A stretch of DNA of 47,314 bases from the NCBI GenBank assembly GCA_026391845.1, contig JAPLDG010000214.1, positions 16,019-63,332 of the forward strand. Reading direction: 5' to 3'. Position numbers and translations under genes: made by a program. Positions within the stretch are counted from its first letter, which is position 1; the number at the start of each line of letters is the position of its first letter. Of the stretch, positions 16,880 through 25,092 are shown in pieces. The DNA comes from Bacteroidota bacterium. GTDB taxonomy: Bacteria; Bacteroidota; Bacteroidia; Bacteroidales; FEN-979. Below the pieces are notes generated by a model. It made no database searches and was not told the origin of the DNA. It worked only from the letters and a program-made list of their open reading frames with translations.

Positions 16880-18247
16880 ATGTCCAAGATCAAAACAGCA
16901 TTCTTTTGCCAGAACTGCGGCGCACAGGCGCCCAAATGGATGGGCAAATGCAATGCCTGCGGGGAATGGAACACCTTTGTTGAAGAGGTGATACAGCGGG
17001 AGGAAAAAGGATCGTTGGGATCAGTGACCAGGGATCCAAGATCGGTGATACCTGTGCGGATTTCCGAAGTTACTTTCAGCCACGAAGCCAGAATAAACAC
17101 CCACGACCAGGAACTTAACCGGGTTTTGGGAGGAGGTTTGGTGCCAGGCTCATTAACCCTGATCGGAGGCGAACCAGGGATTGGGAAATCAACCCTGATG
17201 CTACAGGTTGCATTGAAATGTTCCGACCAGAAAATACTTTACATAACAGGTGAGGAGAGCGACCAGCAAATCAGGATGCGCGCAGAACGTCTCGGCATAA
17301 GCAATGACAACTGTTTTATCCTGACTGAAACCAATACCCAGGCGATTTTTCAGCATCTTGAAGCCCTCAGGCCAGGGATCATCATTGCCGACTCGATTCA
17401 AACCCTGCAAACCGATCTGATCGAGTCGTCTGCAGGAAGCGTATCCCAGATCAAAGAGTGTGCGGCAGAAATGCAGAAATACTCAAAACACACCAACACG
17501 CCGGTTTTTCTTATCGGGCACATAACCAAAGATGGCAGCCTCGCCGGCCCTAAAATACTGGAGCATATGGTTGATACCGTACTCCAGTTTGAAGGCGACA
17601 GGAATTATGGCTACCGCATTCTCCGCTCCCTGAAAAACCGATTTGGCTCAACTTCTGAACTGGGAATCTATGAAATGAACGATGCAGGTCTGCGTGAAGT
17701 AAGCAATCCATCGGAGATCCTGCTCAGCCAGCGTGACGAAGCAGTGAGCGGTATTGCAATTGCAGCCATGATGGAGGGCCAGCGCCCCATGCTGGTCGAG
17801 ACACAGGCACTGGTCAGCACCGCTGTTTACGGCACTCCCCAACGCTCCACCACCGGTTTTGATGCGCGCAGGCTAAACATGCTGCTCGCAGTTCTTGAAA
17901 AGCGCAGCGGCTTCAGGTTGGGGCACAAGGATGTGTTCCTCAATATTGCAGGCGGCATCAGGGTGGAAGATCCTGCCATCGACCTCGCTGTGGTTGCCGC
18001 AGTACTCTCCTCAAACCAGGATACCCCTGTCGATTCAAAAACTTGTTTTACGGCAGAGGTAGGCCTTAGTGGAGAAATCCGGCCGATTAACCGTGTCGAA
18101 CAGCGCATTTCAGAGGCCGATAAACTGGGCTTCGAACGTGTCTTCATCTCCAGATACAACACCAAAGGATTGGATTTTAAGCGATATACCATACAAATCA
18201 TACCTGTTGCTAAAATCGAAGAGGTTTACAGGAAGTTGTTTTCGTGA
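16880..18247 (+). CDS. radA: DNA repair protein RadA/Sms
   Basis: C4 zinc finger, GGEPGIGKST Walker A, KNRFG motif and Lon-like C-terminal domain. Confidence 0.98.
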   Translation: MSKIKTAFFCQNCGAQAPKWMGKCNACGEWNTFVEEVIQREEKGSLGSVTRDPRSVIPVRISEVTFSHEARINTHDQELNRVLGGGLVPGSLTLIGGEPGIGKSTLMLQVALKCSDQKILYITGEESDQQIRMRAERLGISNDNCFILTETNTQAIFQHLEALRPGIIIADSIQTLQTDLIESSAGSVSQIKECAAEMQKYSKHTNTPVFLIGHITKDGSLAGPKILEHMVDTVLQFEGDRNYGYRILRSLKNRFGSTSELGIYEMNDAGLREVSNPSEILLSQRDEAVSGIAIAAMMEGQRPMLVETQALVSTAVYGTPQRSTTGFDARRLNMLLAVLEKRSGFRLGHKDVFLNIAGGIRVEDPAIDLAVVAAVLSSNQDTPVDSKTCFTAEVGLSGEIRPINRVEQRISEADKLGFERVFISRYNTKGLDFKRYTIQIIPVAKIEEVYRKLFS

Positions 18248-18278
18248 AGGATGGTTTTGTGAATTAAATCCGGGGATT

Positions 18279-18299
18279 CGTGACACGTGACGCGTGACA
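18279..18299 (+). repeat. Heptamer tandem array (CGTGACR)x3
   Basis: CGTGACA CGTGACG CGTGACA downstream of radA. Confidence 0.9.
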
Positions 18300-18348
18300 T
18301 TAATGTGTTAATAAAAGTTAAAGTTTAACAAATACTTCAATTATTGCT

Positions 18349-18356
18349 TACATTTG
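18349..18356 (+). promoter_or_regulatory. -7 promoter element of the T9SS protein gene
   Basis: TACATTTG 44 nt upstream of ATG 18401. Confidence 0.6.
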
Positions 18357-18400
18357 ACTCTATTTAGTCTGTGTTTAAATAATTTCAAAAAGCCTCAACC

Positions 18401-21400
18401 ATGAAAACAAATTTATTAACAGTTTTTCTTTTTATAAGCTTTGTTCTTCCTCTCTCAGTTTTCAGCGCCATCATTCATATTCCAGCAGATTACAGCACGA
18501 TTCAGGAAGGTATTGATGCAGCATATGACGGAGATATTGTTTTGGTTGAACCGAACACCTATTATGAGAACATAAACCTGAATGAGAAAAATATCATCCT
18601 TTGTTCCAATTACTTCACAACCGGTGATTCCACTTATATAACCAATACGATTATTGATGGAAATTATAACGGACGCGTGATTACCATTAACCAGGGCCAG
18701 AATTCAACCTGCCAGATCATCGGATTTACGATTCAGCATGGAGATTCCAACTGGGAATACGGAATGCCCTATGGCGGAGGGATATTTATTTCAGACTCAT
18801 CACCTCAAATCCTCCATTGCATCATTCAAAACAACATTGCACCCAGCAATGGCGGGGGTCTAGGCATATATGGTTCCACTGCAGGTGCAAAGGTCATTAA
18901 TTGTTCCATTCTCAACAACACCGCTGAAAGTTATGGCGGAGGCGTATTTATGGGCGATTGCAGCGTGGATGCAGAACTGATCAACTGTGTCATTTCCGGT
19001 AATTCAATTACATGCAATTGCGACTGGAATGGTGGCGGAGGCGGAGTAAATCTCACCCATACGGGAAAACTGACGAATTGCCTGATAACCGGCAACAGTG
19101 CCCCATACGCCCCGGCAGGGGGTGGAGCTATCCAATGCGACTGGGGGGATTATTATGGAAGCCAGGGGATTTTCGTTACCGGATGTACCATTGCCAATAA
19201 TACAGCTTTCAACTTCGGAGGCGTAAGCCTTGTTAACGGATTATCCGGTGGTGAGTTCCGCAATTGCATCATCTATGGGAATACAGACCAATACCTGAAT
19301 ATATCCAACTATGACGGAAATTCATTGGTAAATTGCTGCAGCGACCCATTGCCGGATGGGATTGGCAATATTTCCTCAGATCCGAATTTCATCAATCCCG
19401 GATCTGATAATTTCAGATTATCCGCAGGGAGTCCATGCATTGATGCCGGTGATAATTTTTATAACAGCCAGTCAGTTGATCTCGATGGAAATCCCAGGAT
19501 TAAGGATGTGATCGATATGGGGGCTTATGAATATGGCTCCTTTGCTGTAGTGAATGTTCAAATTGGATCGGGTACTGATGTTTCCTCCCAGTTTCCTATT
19601 TACTCCTGCTACAATTATAACTACAGTCAGCAAATCTATCTCTGGAATGAAATATCCTCAGGTGGCGGTGCAACCGGACTTATTACAAAGATCAGGTTTT
19701 ACTATGCAGGTGGTGGTTCCCAATTTTCGAATTGGAATAACTGGACTGTTTACCTTGGAAATACCACCAAGGCAGAGTTTTCAACCATTTCCGACTGGGT
19801 TCCTGCAGCTGCGCTAAAACAGGTCTTCTCCGGATTAATTTCCACCCCTGTTGACGGAACATGGCTGGAAATCAATTTACCAACTCCGTTTTATTATTCC
19901 GGAGACAACGTGGTGATTGCAGTGTATGAAAATTCCAACGGCTATGACTGTACCGCTCAATGGGGTTCATTTTATACTGGTGCGCCACGCGGACTATCAT
20001 ATTATGACGACAGTTACAATCCAAATCCTTTATCACCCCCTGATGGCATTATAAATCCTGACATTGCCCAGATCCAATTTGAGATCAACACTGCAGTTGG
20101 GACCCTTGAAGGCTATGTTACCGAAGAACCAGCTTGTACTGTTCCCATTGCGGGAGCGACCATCATGACAGGTGCAGATTCTACAACTTCTGATGCTTCA
20201 GGTTATTACCAATTACATTTACCCATTGGAACTTATTATGATATAACTGTCTTCTATCATGATGTAACCCAAACCATTTCCCCCATCGAGATTACTCAGG
20301 GGAATACCACCATCCAGGATTTTTGCATACAACCCTATTATGCTCCACCGGTAAATTTACAGGCCACTATTTCCGGACCGGTTCTGAACAATGTCCATCT
20401 ATCATGGATGGCACCTGGGTCAGTTGCAGATCAATATATCTATTGGGGCCCGGGAACCTTGTACGGCGCGCTTGGATATAACGCGCCCATGACCTTTAGT
20501 GTTGCCTCCAGGTGGCCGGTCTCCGATATCGCTCCTTATGACGGAACCTACCTGAAAAAGATCCGTTTCGTTCCCACTGACGCCAATGCCGCATACACTT
20601 TAAAAGTGTGGAAAGGAAGCAATGCATCTACTTTGCTGCTTTCACAGGCTGTTTCCGATCCAATTATTGGAGGGTGGAATGACGTGACGCTCACCTCCCC
20701 CATCCTGATTGACGGCGCAGAGGAATTATGGTTTGGTTATGAAATCGTTGAAACCGTAAAAGGGTACCCTGCAGGATTAGGACAGGGCCCGGCTGTCACC
20801 GGAAAAGGTGATATGATCAATTCAGGCGGTGGTTGGTTTTCCGTGAAAGAAGCATGGGGCTGGGAATTTAACTGGACGCTCCAGGGATTTGTTTCCGAAA
20901 ACGCACTGCTGGCTCCACAACACCTGATCCCGATGGAACAAAGCGAACTGCAGCAACCCGTTGTTGCTAATCCAATGGCTGCCTCATTGAAGCCCCAGGT
21001 GATGCTTCTGGAACAGACTACAGCAGTAAAAAACCATACAAACCATGCGATGGCGAATGAAGTGCTGCCAAAACCTGCAACCATTGCTCCTTCCGCTCCA
21101 TCAGTCGTCATGACCGGTTACAAAGTTTACCGCAATTATAGCAAGATCGCCGATAATATTCCTGACCTCTCCTTTGATGATCTTGCACTTTCCAAAGGAG
21201 TATATGAATACCAGGTCTCTGCTCAATATGAAAATGGGGAATCTGTGTTGATCGGACCGGTATTTGTGAATATTTACACCTGTTTCCCTCCGACCAGCCT
21301 TACGGTTTCCAATTCAACACTGACTACAACCACAGCTGATCTTTCATGGACACCATCAACGATTTCGACCAATCTGGTTTGGATCCTGGAATGGGGACCC

Positions 21401-23533
21401 ACCGGATTTTGGCAAGGGTATGGCACAACCGACACCATCTATACAACTCCTCAATATTCATTAGATAGTCTAACCCCGGGAACTGAATATGATTTCTACC
21501 TCAAAACCTATTGTAGCTCCACCGATGAAAGTCAATGGGTTAAGAAGACTTTCCGCACCCATTACTTTGACTGCCCGCCAGGCGCAACTACCGAGCCGGA
21601 AACCTGCGGCAGTGCGGTGAATGATGGTTGTGAAATGGCCGAACCTGCAACGGGAACCATCAGTTGCGGTGAAACAATTTGCGGTACAAGCTGGTTGCAC
21701 AGGTCGCACCGCGATTCCGACTGGTACTCATTCACACTGACCGACTCAAATGATGTCACGCTTTCAGGGAATGCCGAGTTCACCAGTTTTTTCGGTATCG
21801 CACGGTCTCCCTGTGATACGTCCTTATTCTATTCTTCAGCAACTTATAGTCCGGGATACAATACACCGATCACCATACGGCTTGGTGCCGGAACCTATTA
21901 TGCATATGCGGCACCTGCCTATTCAGAACAGGTTTTTTGTGATTCATTGAGCCGTTACTGGATTAAACTGATCTGCAACCCATGTTTGTCAGTGACCACA
22001 CTCAATGCGTTGAATATCACCTCTTCTTCCGCAGATTTAAGTTGGACATCCACGATTGGGACATGGAACATTGAGTGGGGGATTACCGGGTTTGCAAAAG
22101 GAACAGGAACCATGATTACCGGAACTCATTTGAATCCGTACACCTTATCCGGGCTGACAGCGGGCTATTCATACAGTTTTTATGTACAAAGTGATTGCGG
22201 CAGCGGTGCATTGAGCAATTGGACTGGTCCTTATGAATTTTACGTGCCCTGTTCCACAGCCACCTTGCCCTATTCTCAGGATTTCACTTCCCAACTGGTG
22301 GGTATAACTCCACAATGCTGGCAGGAGCAGGGTGACGGCCAACCTACAAACTGGACTGTTGATAATACAAACAATGCAGGCGGTGACCTTCATGAATTGA
22401 CGTTTAACAGATATAATCCCTATTTTAGCGGCAGATCATATATTACCTCACCCGTCATTAATACAACAGGACAAGCTTCGCTTGACCTCTCCTTTAAACA
22501 ATATATTCATGCATATAGTTCCGGAACTTTCTGTGAGATTTGGACAACAAGCGATGGCGGGAGTACGTGGCATTCAGTCTGGTCTATTGCACAAAACAGT
22601 ATATTCGGGCCTCAAACAACCTACCTTTCGATCACAACTTCTGATGTTGGTTCTGCTAATTTCCAGTTTGCATTCGCTGTAAATGGTTATTCCTGGGACC
22701 TTGACATCTGGAATATTGATGATATTTCTCTTACGGGAGTGCCTCAGACAGGAACCCTGCAGGGAATTGTCAATGTTTGTCCGGGTGGCGGCGCACTCCA
22801 GGGCGTATCGGTTGCAGCGGGTGCCCTTACCACCACAACCAATGCATCAGGGTTTTATCAGTTTTTGAATATCCCTGTTGCAACATACAGTGTTCAATTC
22901 AGCCTGACAGGATATGTAACTAAATCGGTTTCCGGTGTGGCTGTACAGAATGGCATGACAACCACCCTGGATACCTGCCTGACGCTGAGCGGACCTCCCA
23001 CGACACTAACTGTTCAGAATGACACAGTCTTCACAGGACAAACAAATTGTTTCAATGCAACACAAACCATTACAGTTGCCGGTGGAGGAACCACCTTTGT
23101 TGTTCAGAGCGGAGGCATTGCAAACATGATTGCCGGGCACAACATCCTTTATTATCCGGGAACCAAAGTTAACTATAGCGGCTCTCTTCATGGTCATATC
23201 GCCCCGGGTGGCCCATGGTGCGGGTTAAAAGATGCAACCATTGTCGCATCAGCATTGGGAGAGACTGAGTCTCTGCCTGTTGGGGAAAAATCATTTTTTA
23301 CGATTTATCCCAATCCTACATCAGGCGAATTTTCACTCCAACTCACCGGCATTGATGCATCTGCAGAGCTCCAGATGGAAATATATGGTATGCAGGGGGA
23401 CCGGATACAGCATGAGGCGCTGAAAGGTCAGCAAACCTATCATCTGTCACTGGCGGGCAAGCCGCTTGGCATCTATTTCATCCGGGTTGTAAGCGGAAAT
23501 CGTGCAGGTACAGGTAAGATCATCATGCAATAA
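18401..23533 (+). CDS. Large T9SS-secreted multidomain surface protein (beta-helix, choice-of-anchor-Q-like, FN3, carboxypeptidase-regulatory-like, type A CTD)
   Basis: Signal peptide; 'PADYSTIQEGIDAA' followed by GGG/N-rich beta-helix repeats; SPCIDAG...DMGAYE; FN3 repeats; C-terminal IYPNPT...GIYFIRV...KII.Q. Confidence 0.88.
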   Translation: MKTNLLTVFLFISFVLPLSVFSAIIHIPADYSTIQEGIDAAYDGDIVLVEPNTYYENINLNEKNIILCSNYFTTGDSTYITNTIIDGNYNGRVITINQGQNSTCQIIGFTIQHGDSNWEYGMPYGGGIFISDSSPQILHCIIQNNIAPSNGGGLGIYGSTAGAKVINCSILNNTAESYGGGVFMGDCSVDAELINCVISGNSITCNCDWNGGGGGVNLTHTGKLTNCLITGNSAPYAPAGGGAIQCDWGDYYGSQGIFVTGCTIANNTAFNFGGVSLVNGLSGGEFRNCIIYGNTDQYLNISNYDGNSLVNCCSDPLPDGIGNISSDPNFINPGSDNFRLSAGSPCIDAGDNFYNSQSVDLDGNPRIKDVIDMGAYEYGSFAVVNVQIGSGTDVSSQFPIYSCYNYNYSQQIYLWNEISSGGGATGLITKIRFYYAGGGSQFSNWNNWTVYLGNTTKAEFSTISDWVPAAALKQVFSGLISTPVDGTWLEINLPTPFYYSGDNVVIAVYENSNGYDCTAQWGSFYTGAPRGLSYYDDSYNPNPLSPPDGIINPDIAQIQFEINTAVGTLEGYVTEEPACTVPIAGATIMTGADSTTSDASGYYQLHLPIGTYYDITVFYHDVTQTISPIEITQGNTTIQDFCIQPYYAPPVNLQATISGPVLNNVHLSWMAPGSVADQYIYWGPGTLYGALGYNAPMTFSVASRWPVSDIAPYDGTYLKKIRFVPTDANAAYTLKVWKGSNASTLLLSQAVSDPIIGGWNDVTLTSPILIDGAEELWFGYEIVETVKGYPAGLGQGPAVTGKGDMINSGGGWFSVKEAWGWEFNWTLQGFVSENALLAPQHLIPMEQSELQQPVVANPMAASLKPQVMLLEQTTAVKNHTNHAMANEVLPKPATIAPSAPSVVMTGYKVYRNYSKIADNIPDLSFDDLALSKGVYEYQVSAQYENGESVLIGPVFVNIYTCFPPTSLTVSNSTLTTTTADLSWTPSTISTNLVWILEWGPTGFWQGYGTTDTIYTTPQYSLDSLTPGTEYDFYLKTYCSSTDESQWVKKTFRTHYFDCPPGATTEPETCGSAVNDGCEMAEPATGTISCGETICGTSWLHRSHRDSDWYSFTLTDSNDVTLSGNAEFTSFFGIARSPCDTSLFYSSATYSPGYNTPITIRLGAGTYYAYAAPAYSEQVFCDSLSRYWIKLICNPCLSVTTLNALNITSSSADLSWTSTIGTWNIEWGITGFAKGTGTMITGTHLNPYTLSGLTAGYSYSFYVQSDCGSGALSNWTGPYEFYVPCSTATLPYSQDFTSQLVGITPQCWQEQGDGQPTNWTVDNTNNAGGDLHELTFNRYNPYFSGRSYITSPVINTTGQASLDLSFKQYIHAYSSGTFCEIWTTSDGGSTWHSVWSIAQNSIFGPQTTYLSITTSDVGSANFQFAFAVNGYSWDLDIWNIDDISLTGVPQTGTLQGIVNVCPGGGALQGVSVAAGALTTTTNASGFYQFLNIPVATYSVQFSLTGYVTKSVSGVAVQNGMTTTLDTCLTLSGPPTTLTVQNDTVFTGQTNCFNATQTITVAGGGTTFVVQSGGIANMIAGHNILYYPGTKVNYSGSLHGHIAPGGPWCGLKDATIVASALGETESLPVGEKSFFTIYPNPTSGEFSLQLTGIDASAELQMEIYGMQGDRIQHEALKGQQTYHLSLAGKPLGIYFIRVVSGNRAGTGKIIMQ

Positions 23534-23550
23534 CAACAGGAAAGCAGGGA

Positions 23551-23754
23551 TTATTCATTGGATTCAAGTTCCAATAAAATCTGTTTTACGTTGTCTTCTG
23601 TAGCTGTAAGTTTGTTTTTGCATATTTTAATTAAAAGTGCAGCTCGTTTCACTTTTTCAGATAATTCATCTACTGAAATTTCGCCTCTTTCAATTTCAGA
23701 AACAATATTCTGAAGTTCTTCGTACGCTTGTGTATAATTTGGCTCATTCGTCAT
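23551..23754 (-). CDS. xseB: Exodeoxyribonuclease VII small subunit
   Basis: Y..AYEELQ.IV..IE.GEISVDEL..KVKRA..LI..C..KL; overlaps xseA. Confidence 0.93.
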   Translation of the reverse strand: MTNEPNYTQAYEELQNIVSEIERGEISVDELSEKVKRAALLIKICKNKLTATEDNVKQILLELESNE

Positions 23755-25087
23755 TGCTTTCTGCTTTTTTCACTGATTGAATAGTACTGATTATTTTTCC
23801 ATCCGCAAGAATGGTTTTGAGCTGGCTGCCTGCTTTGGCCTGATCGACCGATGTCAAAGCTTTACCATCAACCAGGGTGATGCTGTATCCACGGTTCAAT
23901 ACATTCACCGGATTTAACAGGTCGATATTCTTTTTAATACCAGTTATTTCATTGGTCCGGATTTGTAAAAAACTGAAAGTATGAGCTGTCATGTTCACCT
24001 TTTGAACCATGCATAGTTCCATTTTCCGCAACACATAATAGGTTGTCTGCTGTTGTAGCGCCTTTAATTCCTGTTGAATGTCATTTTTGCCCTGGGCCAG
24101 ATTAGACAGCGTCTCCGATTTGAAATACCGAACGGTATTCAGCAGTTTTGTTTTTTCATCCTGGATTGACCTGCTGATTTTGCCGATGATGGTTTCCTGC
24201 GATTTTTTTAAGGGAACAGCGAGATTGTGAAATTTTTGAATCAGATAATCTGCCAGCTCTGAAGGAGTTATTGCGTTTTTGAATGCAACCATTTCGGCAA
24301 CTGTTTCATTGGTTGAATGACCAATGCCGGTTATAACCGGAAGCGGGAATAGAGCAACAGTTTTTGCAAGTTCGTAGTTATTATAGCAGGTCAGTCCAAC
24401 CTCTCCCCCGCCCCCTCGAATGATGGCAACTGCGTCGAAATGACTTTGCACCTTGCTGATGCGCTCCATTTGCCCGATAATCGAATTTATGGCATTTTCT
24501 CCCTGGAGCAAGGCAGGAAAGAGCATGTAAAAAAAAGAATATCCCCAATCGTTTCCATCCAGAATGTTCCGAAAATCGGCATACCCTTTACTGGTTTCAA
24601 CCGAAATGATGGCTATTCTCTTGGGAAGCAAGGGCATATGCAGGGATCTGTTCGTATTAAAAATCCCTTCTTTTTGCAACCTCTCTAACGTCTGCTGTTT
24701 TTCTTTTTCGAGCTCACCAAGAGACCAGGATGGGTCAACGTCAAGTATTCTCAAACTCAGTCCATATACGGGATTATAGGATATTTTTGCCAGGAAAAGG
24801 ATTTTAATCCCGTTCTTCAGAGGCTCATGCAAAACCGAGAGGAAATGATCATTGATACGCTGAAAATCATCCCTCCAGATCGTGGATCTCATTTCAGCAA
24901 TAATTTTCCCTTCGGTTTTCTCAACAAGGTCAGGATAGCAATGGCCCGATTGCGGGTAATGGTTCAGCTTATTCATCTCGGCTTTGATCCAAAATGAACT
25001 TATATACCTTTCCGTCAATGTTTTCTGGATGCTGAGGGCTACTTCAGAAAGGGAAAATATTGTCCGATCACTGATTTTTTCCGGCAT
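23744..25087 (-). CDS. xseA: Exodeoxyribonuclease VII large subunit
   Basis: SGHCY OB-fold, IIRGGGG, PVITGIGH, TPS and LNP..VL.RGYSI motifs. Confidence 0.95.
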   Translation of the reverse strand: MPEKISDRTIFSLSEVALSIQKTLTERYISSFWIKAEMNKLNHYPQSGHCYPDLVEKTEGKIIAEMRSTIWRDDFQRINDHFLSVLHEPLKNGIKILFLAKISYNPVYGLSLRILDVDPSWSLGELEKEKQQTLERLQKEGIFNTNRSLHMPLLPKRIAIISVETSKGYADFRNILDGNDWGYSFFYMLFPALLQGENAINSIIGQMERISKVQSHFDAVAIIRGGGGEVGLTCYNNYELAKTVALFPLPVITGIGHSTNETVAEMVAFKNAITPSELADYLIQKFHNLAVPLKKSQETIIGKISRSIQDEKTKLLNTVRYFKSETLSNLAQGKNDIQQELKALQQQTTYYVLRKMELCMVQKVNMTAHTFSFLQIRTNEITGIKKNIDLLNPVNVLNRGYSITLVDGKALTSVDQAKAGSQLKTILADGKIISTIQSVKKAESNDE

Positions 25088-25092
25088 TTCAA

